From positions 32,001 through 96,000 of the IMG/VR virus record IMGVR_UViG_3300027741_000025: a DNA stretch of 64,000 bases; one strand, written 5' to 3'. Shown here in pieces: positions 1-7,729 of the stretch. The position numbers were made by a program, and so were the translations under genes. Position 1 is the first letter of the stretch. The number at the start of each line of letters is the position of its first letter. This DNA is from a virus. Below the pieces are notes generated by a model that was not told the DNA's origin, ran no database searches, and was given only the letters and a program-made list of their open reading frames with translations.

Positions 1-990
1 AACGAGATTGTATTAAACTCTATATTTGCAGATGATACAAAATACCATCTATGGTGTAGCCCATCAGGCGGCAAAACAGAAAGAAAAAATGGTGTTTTTC
101 ATTGCTTCAAAACAGATAAAAAAGGCTCCCTTCCGAAATTAATACAAATTGTAGATAAGTGTAGCTTTGAAAAAGCCATATGCGTTCTACATGGTAGATC
201 AACAATATCAGAATTAGAAGAAAAGCTTTTTGAGTTTTTTGAAAACATAGATGAAAATCAAGATGTAAAAATAAGCAAGCCCGAAAAAGTCCAACTATCT
301 TTGCCAGAAGGAAGCTGTCTAATAAGCTCTTTGCCAAAGAATAATTTTTGGAGAAATTTAGCTTCTGAATATCTTGCTAAAAGAAAAATACCTACGGATG
401 GATTGTATATCTGCAAGACAGCCCCTTATAAAGCAAGAATAATAATTCCATATTATGATTCTTCTGGAGATCTTTTTTATTGGAACGGTAGACATGTTGG
501 TAATTCAAGAATTAGATACTTAGGTCCACCTAAAGAAGTTGGAGTCGGCAAGTCTGACGTTTTATTTTTCGCAGGAGGAAACTGGGCTGAGAAAAATGAA
601 GAAATATATCTTTGTGAAGGAGAGTTTGACGCACTTAGTCTCTTCTACAGTGGGCTAAACGGGGTTGCTTGCGGCGGCAAAAACCTAAGTGAAAAACAAA
701 TGAATTTAATAAAAGATTACAAGATAGTTATATGTCTTGATAATGACAAGGCTGGTCTGGGAGGCATGACCACAATGACAGACATGATTAACAAAAACAT
801 TGAGTCAAAAAACTTAAAAGAACGATTAATGTTCGTTAGTCCTCATAAGTCCTATAAAGACTGGAACGAAATGTTTGTAAAAGAAGGTCCATCTGTCATG
901 AAAAACTATGCACTAGCCACAAGAAAAAATTTAGATTTCCAAGCTCCTATGGGTATGGGTGGAGACTATTTTAGAATAAAGGGAATGTGA
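1..990 (+). CDS. DNA primase, DnaG/TOPRIM type (5' end lies before the window)
   Basis: Frame 1 is open from base 1 (NEIVLNSIFADDTKYHLW...FHCFKTDKKG) into the listed ORF. Motifs RIIIPYYD, CEGEFDALS, ICLDNDKAG and KDWNE. Confidence 0.9.
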   Translation, partial: NEIVLNSIFADDTKYHLWCSPSGGKTERKNGVFHCFKTDKKGSLPKLIQIVDKCSFEKAICVLHGRSTISELEEKLFEFFENIDENQDVKISKPEKVQLSLPEGSCLISSLPKNNFWRNLASEYLAKRKIPTDGLYICKTAPYKARIIIPYYDSSGDLFYWNGRHVGNSRIRYLGPPKEVGVGKSDVLFFAGGNWAEKNEEIYLCEGEFDALSLFYSGLNGVACGGKNLSEKQMNLIKDYKIVICLDNDKAGLGGMTTMTDMINKNIESKNLKERLMFVSPHKSYKDWNEMFVKEGPSVMKNYALATRKNLDFQAPMGMGGDYFRIKGM

Positions 991-2123
991 TCAACTACCC
1001 AGCCCCTAAAGGACTGGGTTTGTGATTTAACCTTATGGTTATCCACAATAGGCTTGTTGATAGAAGCCCTTGAAATATTAATTGCAGCATTGAGATCAGC
1101 ATTATTTTCATAATCGCAAGACAAACACTTGAATTCACTTTGATTTAAGCGATTATCTTCATGGCAATGACCACATTTGCTGCATGTTTGACTTGTATAA
1201 GCAGGTTTAATGTAAATGACAGGAATGCCAAGCAACTTGGCTTTGTAGTCAATAAAACTACGCAATTGAAAGAAAGCCCACTTGCCTATTCTTGCATTAT
1301 TGTCTTTCCACTTCTTGGTGTAACCTTTGCTCTTAACCTTTTTCTTAAAGTTCAAATCTTCTAATTTGATTCCAACCTTAAGTGCATTTGCTTTTTGCAC
1401 CAATTTCTTGCTTATACAGTGATTGACATCTTTCTTGTAATTCGCCTCCCTTTTACTTAATCTTTTTAGTTTGTATTTTGCCGATACTGATTTTTTGCTT
1501 TGCAACTCAGCCTTTAATTTTGTGATTTTCTTTCTGTATTCTTCAACTTTTTCTCCACTAAAAACTTCGCCATCGCTTGTGGTTGCCAAATTAACTACAC
1601 CCAAATCAACGCCAATAAATTTTTCAGTGTCATATGGAGCAAGTTCAGTTTTATCATAAAAGAAACTTACATAGAACCTGTTTGTTGGTTTGTCAAAGTT
1701 TAATTCGCTTTGACAACAAAGATCATAATCTTTGAGTGGTTTATGGTATTTGTATTTAATGCTTATCCTTTTGCCAAGAGTTGCCAAGGATATTACATTG
1801 TCTTTTTTGATTGAAAGGTTTCTTGTGTCGTAATCGATACTGCCCATTTCTTTAAAGTTAACAATACCAATTCTTTGTTTCTTGTTTTTATAAACATCAA
1901 CCACTTTGCCAATTGCTCTTATTGCCAATTGGCTTGAGAGGTTGTATTTCTGCTTGATTTCGTAGTAGACAAGTTTGTGTAAATTGACTTGTCCGAAAGT
2001 TTTGTTTTCAAATGCGACCCTTGAAACATAGTTGGCGGCACGGTTGAAAGCAATCATTGTTTGAGTTAATTGCTCTTTTTCCTTTTGGTTGACCACCAAT
2101 TTGACTTTTGTCGCAAGTTTCAT
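966..2123 (-). CDS. tnpB: TnpB RNA-guided endonuclease
   Basis: RuvC I GVDLG, RuvC II KLEDL, Zn ribbon CSKC...CLSC, RuvC III NADLNAAINI. Likely start MKLATK at 2123 (ORF track starts at 2156). Confidence 0.95.
   Translation of the reverse strand: MKLATKVKLVVNQKEKEQLTQTMIAFNRAANYVSRVAFENKTFGQVNLHKLVYYEIKQKYNLSSQLAIRAIGKVVDVYKNKKQRIGIVNFKEMGSIDYDTRNLSIKKDNVISLATLGKRISIKYKYHKPLKDYDLCCQSELNFDKPTNRFYVSFFYDKTELAPYDTEKFIGVDLGVVNLATTSDGEVFSGEKVEEYRKKITKLKAELQSKKSVSAKYKLKRLSKREANYKKDVNHCISKKLVQKANALKVGIKLEDLNFKKKVKSKGYTKKWKDNNARIGKWAFFQLRSFIDYKAKLLGIPVIYIKPAYTSQTCSKCGHCHEDNRLNQSEFKCLSCDYENNADLNAAINISRASINKPIVDNHKVKSQTQSFRGWVVDHIPFILK
970..1150 (-). ncRNA. Putative TnpB omegaRNA (reRNA) with guide derived from the flanking primase 3' end
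   Basis: Inferred from TnpB biology: scaffold overlaps the tnpB 3' end and right-end hairpin, guide starts just past the element end at 989. The 5' boundary is a guess. Confidence 0.55.
990..1022 (-). repeat. IS right-end hairpin
   Basis: Plus strand ATCAACTACCCAGCCCCTAAAGGACTGGGTTTG, an imperfect stem-loop. Confidence 0.85.
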
Positions 2124-2173
2124 ATTTTCATATACCTTCAATAGGTATGTATGCACTTATTTTAAAATTTTCC

Positions 2174-2201
2174 TTGACTTTTTAGGAAATTTTCCTATAC
2201 T
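2174..2201 (+). promoter_or_regulatory. Sigma70-like promoter pointing out of the IS left end
   Basis: TTGACT-16 nt-TATACT. Confidence 0.5.
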
Positions 2202-2204
2202 AAA

Positions 2205-2255
2205 CGGCAATTCCTCCCACCCGCTAAAGCAAGTGGGTTTCCTTGCCGGTGACAT
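2205..2255 (-). repeat. IS left-end hairpin
   Basis: Plus strand CGGCAATTCCTCCCACCCGCTAAAGCAAGTGGGTTTCCTTGCCG, with nested stems CCCAC/GTGGG and CGGCAA/TTGCCG. Confidence 0.85.
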
Positions 2256-2615
2256 ATGAATCCAAATTTAGAAAAATTCAAATATTTTATTGGCAAGCCA
2301 ATAACAGTTTTTACTGTGCACACAGGTAGAAACTTCACAGAAACTCAGTTTAATGACTACTTCACAGGTGTTTGCCAAGCTGTGCACATAGATACGATAG
2401 AAACACTACATCCTATTACAAATTGTAAAAATCTTTTCTTTTTCAACAACATTGTTGGAATTTGTGAAGAACAACAGTTAGACCCAGAGAATCCAGAACA
2501 TCAAGAAATTATAAATGAAATAAAAAGAGAAGTACCAGTAGAGCAAAATGATTTACAGCCGAATAATTCTGTAAACATAGATATAGATCTATTGAACAAG
2601 ATAATAGCTAAGTGA
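2256..2615 (+). CDS. Hypothetical protein, originally translationally coupled to the primase
   Basis: 119-aa ORF whose ATG would overlap the primase stop in the reconstructed empty site. Confidence 0.8.
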   Translation: MNPNLEKFKYFIGKPITVFTVHTGRNFTETQFNDYFTGVCQAVHIDTIETLHPITNCKNLFFFNNIVGICEEQQLDPENPEHQEIINEIKREVPVEQNDLQPNNSVNIDIDLLNKIIAK

Positions 2616-2630
2616 ATATTGACCAAAAAT

Positions 2631-3734
2631 TCAAGTATCCTCTTCATCGTCATTCAACACACCTTTTCCACCCGCACTTATATATGTTAGGTGTAGGTTC
2701 AAAATCTCTGCCACATGCCTAACTAAAAATCCTTCCCACTTACTTTTGGAGCCTTCCACCTTAGAAACTTCGCTGGGATGAGATTTAAGTCTCTCTTCGT
2801 AATCTTTTAATATTTTTTTGAAAGATTTTTCAAAATCTATATCAAAATTAGTTTTGAATTCTTCAAAAGTTTTCCCAAATTTTTCTTCAAAAGTTCTTTC
2901 GAATTCACTTATCCTATTATCACCCTGGCTGGGCTTTTCAGCAGCCATAGCGTAATCAGGATGATCATCTTTGTTTTCACTTAATTTTTCAAAAACTTTT
3001 CTCTTTATATGGTTTATTGAATCTTTTTGTTGCCTTCCTCTTTCCGACATCTCAATAATTTCAGATATAGTTTTGGGAGCCGATGTTATTTTTTCTTTTG
3101 GTCCCCACCCATCTTTGCTCCAATAAATTTTAACTCGTGCCGGGTTGCCGCGAGTTGCCGCAACCGCTGCTCTTGACGTAGCTCCTGGAATGGCACCCAT
3201 TTGTGCAGTGTTAGTGCCCATTTGCGCAGCACCAGCATCCATTTGCGCGGTACCAGTACCAGACCCAGAAACAGACTCCTCTGATTCAGCATTGCCCTCA
3301 GCTGCACCAGAAAATTGTTTTATTATTTCCTTTTTAAATTTATCTGCCCAGCTATCTATTATTCTAAAAAGTTTTAAGTTCTTCAAATTTTCTGACTCTG
3401 TCTCAAGGTCTTCATTTAAAACAGACAATTCTGATTCAAGTTTATTGTACTGCTCTTTAATAAAATTGTATTGGGATAAAGTCAAGCGGTTAGATTCTTT
3501 TTTTACATCATCTTCGTGTCCAAGCGCTCCAAACTTATTTTTGTATACATATGGATTGTCTGGATTATTTCCACCCATCACAGTGTTGTGCCACCAATTT
3601 TTCATCCTGTCCCAAACTCTTGGCAAAACACCAGTCTGGGCGGGTTTATATCTAACAACTAGCAGGTCTTTTTTCAGTTGTGTTACAAAATCATCTACAA
3701 GTTTTGTAAGTTTATCTAATTCTACTTTTTCCAT
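2631..3734 (-). CDS. Hypothetical phage protein with low-complexity linker
   Basis: 367 aa, three AQM-containing 7-aa repeats, TATATA 5 nt upstream of ATG. Confidence 0.75.
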   Translation of the reverse strand: MEKVELDKLTKLVDDFVTQLKKDLLVVRYKPAQTGVLPRVWDRMKNWWHNTVMGGNNPDNPYVYKNKFGALGHEDDVKKESNRLTLSQYNFIKEQYNKLESELSVLNEDLETESENLKNLKLFRIIDSWADKFKKEIIKQFSGAAEGNAESEESVSGSGTGTAQMDAGAAQMGTNTAQMGAIPGATSRAAVAATRGNPARVKIYWSKDGWGPKEKITSAPKTISEIIEMSERGRQQKDSINHIKRKVFEKLSENKDDHPDYAMAAEKPSQGDNRISEFERTFEEKFGKTFEEFKTNFDIDFEKSFKKILKDYEERLKSHPSEVSKVEGSKSKWEGFLVRHVAEILNLHLTYISAGGKGVLNDDEEDT

Positions 3735-3745
3735 GATAATATATA

Positions 3746-4198
3746 TTATACTTTATCAGAAATATATTCGTTTATTTTTTTCAGACTCATCAAGCAAGAG
3801 TCAAATCTATGGAAGTCACTTGTTAAATATTCAAAGGCAAGTTCGTCGAATTTATTATCACTTTCAACTTCAAAATAGATATATTTTCCTTTTTTACCGA
3901 GCACCTTATATTTATGCATCAATATATATGCAGCAACGCCTAAGTCAGTAGCAAATCTAATATTACCTGTTTCGTTAAAGTTATATTCTCTAATTTTCTT
4001 CAAACTCATTATGCAAGAGTCAAATCTGTGAAATTCACTGCTTAAATAATCAAGGCATATTTCATCAAATTTCTCTTCGTTCTTTTCTTCTTCTATGTCA
4101 AAAAGAACCTCTCTACCTCTTCTTCCTGCCAATTTATAATTATGCATAAGGACATAAGAAGCGGTCCCAAGATCTTCTACACTTTTTATTTTTTGCAT
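3746..4198 (-). CDS. Tandem-duplicated small domain protein (DUF5659-like)
   Basis: Two ~72-aa copies of DLG.A.Y.LMH.YK..G.....F.....FDE....YL.S.FHRFDSC.MSLKKI.EY. Confidence 0.7.
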   Translation of the reverse strand: MQKIKSVEDLGTASYVLMHNYKLAGRRGREVLFDIEEEKNEEKFDEICLDYLSSEFHRFDSCIMSLKKIREYNFNETGNIRFATDLGVAAYILMHKYKVLGKKGKYIYFEVESDNKFDELAFEYLTSDFHRFDSCLMSLKKINEYISDKV

Positions 4199-4224
4199 AA
4201 CTTATATTAGTTAAAAATTTAAAA

Positions 4225-5226
4225 TTAAGTAGCAGCCTCTGCAGCTAATAAACAGCCCCTAGCAACGCTATAAAGAGGATCTTTTGGCTGTATAACCTCT
4301 CCTATTTTCACAGATAAATCTGCTTCTTTTAAGCATTGTGTAAAAAGCTCTTTGAACCCAGGTGGGCTTGATGTCCCGCCGGCTACAACAAAGTCTATAG
4401 CTTGGTCAGTTTTAACACTTTTGGATGTATTTAAAAGTCCTTTTTTAATACCAGTTACAGTATGTTCTATCATTATTCTGTACTGAGTTTGTATTGCTCT
4501 TTCAACAAGAGTTGTGGGTGTTTTTGACAAATCTATTTTATGTTTTTCTTTATTGATATAAGCTATACCTTCACCTGTGGCTTTAGCAGCCATTTTATCA
4601 ATCCAGTCTCCGCTATTAACTATTGAAAATGAAAATAAAGGGTTCCCAAACATGGCAAAGCAAACATTTACCATCCCACCGCCACATGAAACCGAAACAC
4701 CGGTATAGGCTTTGTGTCCAAGCTCGGCATAAACTAAAGCTAAGGCTTCATTGATGGGTCTGGGATCCACTGTGTAGCCTTTATCACTCTTATAAGCTCT
4801 GAATATAGCTTCTAACACCTTGCCGTGATACTCAGCGTCGGTTTCTTCATTTATGGCGTTAGATGGAACACAATAATACAAAACTTCCTTGTCCCTCTCT
4901 ACTTCTCCTATTAAACTATGGAGCATTATGCTTAATATTTGAAATGCATCTTTCTCTTTGGGGTTAACACACCCTGAAGTCATAGGTCTCTTTAATTCTA
5001 ATCCGCTCATGGTATAAGCCATGTTCACAGCAGATTCTCCAAGAGCATATGCAACTTTTTCTCTTTCAATAAGAGGAACCCCAGCATTTTTCATCATATT
5101 AAAAACAAACTTATTCTCCAAAGGCATCTCAAGAAATGCATTTATTTCTTTTTTATAAACAAAATTATCGTCTTCATCTCTTTTACAACAAACGAGCGTG
5201 TAAGTTCCACAATCCATCCCAATCAT
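4225..5226 (-). CDS. Actin-fold ATPase (MreB/ParM/FtsA superfamily)
   Basis: Phosphate-1 IGMDCGT, connect-1 INEALA, phosphate-2 SCGGG, adenosine VAGGTS, connect-2 DPLYSVARG. Confidence 0.85.
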   Translation of the reverse strand: MIGMDCGTYTLVCCKRDEDDNFVYKKEINAFLEMPLENKFVFNMMKNAGVPLIEREKVAYALGESAVNMAYTMSGLELKRPMTSGCVNPKEKDAFQILSIMLHSLIGEVERDKEVLYYCVPSNAINEETDAEYHGKVLEAIFRAYKSDKGYTVDPRPINEALALVYAELGHKAYTGVSVSCGGGMVNVCFAMFGNPLFSFSIVNSGDWIDKMAAKATGEGIAYINKEKHKIDLSKTPTTLVERAIQTQYRIMIEHTVTGIKKGLLNTSKSVKTDQAIDFVVAGGTSSPPGFKELFTQCLKEADLSVKIGEVIQPKDPLYSVARGCLLAAEAAT

Positions 5227-5238
5227 ATGATATCTCCT

Positions 5239-5472
5239 TTAATTCTTTTTTCCAAAATCGATTTTTTCTGGTATAAAGTCTGGAATAGCCCAGGTTACCT
5301 TATCTTCTAAATTATCTATTAAAGTTTCTTTTTTTGGATTAGATTTACCATCGGCAGATAAAGCACCAACAGAACCATTCATATTTATGTTTAAATCCAA
5401 AGTTATCGAAACTTTTAGTTCACCGTCCTTGGTTATAATTTTAACATCACTTGGTCTTATTAATTGCGCCAT
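5239..5472 (-). CDS. Small hypothetical protein upstream of the actin-like gene
   Basis: 77 aa with a GGTGA RBS-like sequence, co-oriented in the cluster. Confidence 0.7.
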   Translation of the reverse strand: MAQLIRPSDVKIITKDGELKVSITLDLNINMNGSVGALSADGKSNPKKETLIDNLEDKVTWAIPDFIPEKIDFGKKN

Positions 5473-5479
5473 ATTTCAC

Positions 5480-6049
5480 CTATTTCTTAGTGGACTCAGT
5501 AACTACTATTGCTGAGATAACTTGTAGGGAAACAGGACCAGAAGAACCATCAGGTAATTTAGCTTCAATTTTCTGGATATTCAGGTCACCTACATTGAAA
5601 ACTTGAACTTCTTTTGCCCCAAGATCAAAAATAGCGCTATCTATACCGTTAAGTCTTATTTGAACTGGATCTTCTGATTGATTTGCTATTTGGACAAAGT
5701 CAGCAAAGCTATTTGTATCACTTTGTATATCAATAACGTTATCGGTAAAGTCTGTACCATCATTGATAATTAGTTTATAAACTTTGGGAATATTGTTGAT
5801 ATCTGCTTTGTCATACCAGGCTGATCCGTCATCTTCTAAAATGATAAGAAATGCCAAATCAGCAGAAACATTTGGATAAACATACCTTTTCCAGTAGTTA
5901 GAGCCAGAAAATGTTTCTCCATCTTTTAATTCTCGGCTAATTCTATCCGGACCCATAGCGTAAACACTTCTTTGTATGCTTATTCCATTTGGATCGTTAT
6001 CTAACAAGCCTTGTGTGCCATTGTTTAATTTTACTTTAAATATGCTCAT
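5480..6049 (-). CDS. Hypothetical beta-rich protein
   Basis: Start re-assigned to MSIFKVK at 6049, directly preceded by TATATAAATA. Confidence 0.7.
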   Translation of the reverse strand: MSIFKVKLNNGTQGLLDNDPNGISIQRSVYAMGPDRISRELKDGETFSGSNYWKRYVYPNVSADLAFLIILEDDGSAWYDKADINNIPKVYKLIINDGTDFTDNVIDIQSDTNSFADFVQIANQSEDPVQIRLNGIDSAIFDLGAKEVQVFNVGDLNIQKIEAKLPDGSSGPVSLQVISAIVVTESTKK

Positions 6050-6113
6050 GTATTTATATATGCTCCACAGCCAGAAAACCATTGGATTTAGCAACAAACC
6101 GCTATATATCTGT

Positions 6114-6251
6114 ATGGAAGAAAAAGAAAAAATAGAAGAAGCAAAAGACACACTTGAAACTTTTTTCGGTCAATTTGGACAAAATGATTTATACACACAA
6201 ATAATATTAGAGATGATATTTGAGGAGATGTTTAAAAAAAATGAAAAGTGA
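6114..6251 (+). CDS. Small acidic hypothetical protein (45 aa)
   Basis: MEEKEKIEEAK..., TATATA 5 nt upstream, 3' end overlaps the next ATG. Confidence 0.55.
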   Translation: MEEKEKIEEAKDTLETFFGQFGQNDLYTQIILEMIFEEMFKKNEK

Positions 6252-6600
6252 TTTAAAAATTTTATGGTTATATTTGGCTAAAAGAGACAAGAAAGGTGTC
6301 AAAATACTTTCAAAGCTCTACTCTAGAGACATAGGTCCAACACCACTAGAAGATCTGAAACTGTTAAATTTACCTTCAAGTTGGTACGGCAAGGTTAAAT
6401 CCTACATAGATGAAAACTTGTTATATTGGCAGCCTTGGATACAAACAGCAACGAGTTTTGATGAATTAAAAGCTAATTTAAAAGTTAGAGGATACTCAGA
6501 GCTGCCCGCCAACGGAAAACCTATGGTGTTGGTAACACCTACATTATTTGTAAATAGTAATTTTTTTGAAAAACAAAAAATTATGCTGCGGAAAAATTAG
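6241..6600 (+). CDS. Hypothetical protein
   Basis: Start MKSDLK at 6241 overlaps the end of the upstream small gene. Confidence 0.7.
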   Translation: MKSDLKILWLYLAKRDKKGVKILSKLYSRDIGPTPLEDLKLLNLPSSWYGKVKSYIDENLLYWQPWIQTATSFDELKANLKVRGYSELPANGKPMVLVTPTLFVNSNFFEKQKIMLRKN

Positions 6601-6881
6601 AAATAAACTTCTTTTTCATTAATATAAAAAGTCCCAGAATGAACTTCAACCATAAGCATATCGCCATCAGCCCTGAGTATAACTCCGCCTCTTTTAATGA
6701 AATCTTTTGTTAATTCTTTGTAACAACCTTCTTCCGCAATTATTTTGGAAGATAATTTTTTTGAATGCTTAGGGTATACTCTTTGATTTTTCTTTATATT
6801 AAAGTCTTTGTTAACTTTTTCTTCTTTCATCCATTTACTGAATTCATTTATAAAAGAAAAATCTATATTGTTGTTTCTCAT
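6597..6881 (-). CDS. Hypothetical protein
   Basis: 94 aa, ATGA-coupled to the upstream gene. Confidence 0.7.
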   Translation of the reverse strand: MRNNNIDFSFINEFSKWMKEEKVNKDFNIKKNQRVYPKHSKKLSSKIIAEEGCYKELTKDFIKRGGVILRADGDMLMVEVHSGTFYINEKEVYF

Positions 6882-7729
6882 GTTAAGTAATTCTTGATGT
6901 CTTCCTTTTTTATATACTCTGCATTATTGAATTTTTTTCCATTACCATAATAATATGCTTTTCTTCCATTTTTTGCAAACCAATATAAGTAACAATCTAT
7001 TATTTCATTAGCTATGTTTTGTTGAGGATAGGTATAAAGTCCGTTTTCTAATTGAACACTTCCTGGCTTATTATCCTTGAAAGAATCATCACAACATAAC
7101 AATATAACTTCACTGCAATTAAATTTGTACGCTAAGTTTATTGATGCACAAATTGGATTTCTATAATCATCTATTTGGCAATAGCCGTCAGAAGATTTAT
7201 TGAAATTTATACTTTCTTCATTCGCCGGGCTGTACTTATATTTTATACCATTATAATTTTCTAAAAATTCTGGGCACGTTCTATTTGATGCTATGCACTT
7301 GGGGAGACTTCTTTTGTTTGGAAGAAAACGCAAGCAATCTTCATATGGATTATTCACAACATAATAACCAAGAGAGGTTGAGTTGTTATTCCACTTCTTC
7401 AAAGAATTGTTAACACCCATAAAACAAACACCATTGATTTTCTTTAATAAAAGATGAATTTCATCAAAATCATAACCATCTGATATTATTACGGCAGTAT
7501 TAAAGTTATTATTTTCTGAGTCTGCCCAAGGGTATTTTTTTCTGTTATTTTCAAATTCATTTTTTAACAAAAGAAAGTATTCATTTTCATTAATAGTTTT
7601 GTTTACATCTATTACCTGGCAAGAATTATTGCAAAAATTTCTTATCCAAAAATTATAGTTTGGAGTTTTTATGAATTCGTTATTTTTTATTTTTTTTGTT
7701 TTGGGTGACATATTACTTACAAGGAACAA
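6878..7729 (-). CDS. MptE/Maf-like (DUF115-type) glycosyltransferase-fold protein
   Basis: AVIISDG, MGVNN and SINLAYKFNCSEVILLCCD resemble the a..lAy.lG...I.L.G.D pattern of this family. Confidence 0.55.
   Translation of the reverse strand: MFLVSNMSPKTKKIKNNEFIKTPNYNFWIRNFCNNSCQVIDVNKTINENEYFLLLKNEFENNRKKYPWADSENNNFNTAVIISDGYDFDEIHLLLKKINGVCFMGVNNSLKKWNNNSTSLGYYVVNNPYEDCLRFLPNKRSLPKCIASNRTCPEFLENYNGIKYKYSPANEESINFNKSSDGYCQIDDYRNPICASINLAYKFNCSEVILLCCDDSFKDNKPGSVQLENGLYTYPQQNIANEIIDCYLYWFAKNGRKAYYYGNGKKFNNAEYIKKEDIKNYLT

Larger units (their letters stand above)
990..2255 (-). mobile_element. Non-autonomous IS200/IS605-family element (tnpB only, IS1341-like)
   Basis: Subterminal hairpins with the same TAAAG loop at about 997-1019 and 2216-2237 flank tnpB. 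No tnpA. Removing 990-2255 restores a TGATG stop/start overlap. Confidence 0.88.

Noticed and set aside
966-2156. Cas12f / type V CRISPR effector
   Set aside because: No array nearby, and the gene is bounded by IS200/IS605 end hairpins, so it is TnpB.
987-2252. GTGA 4-bp target-site duplication around the IS
   Set aside because: IS200/IS605 elements make no duplications, and the guide/cleavage pairing gives better-supported ends at 990 and 2255.
3145-3951. 268-aa plus-strand ORF, and similar antisense ORFs within the tape measure
   Set aside because: Fully overlaps better-supported minus-strand genes and has no recognisable motifs.
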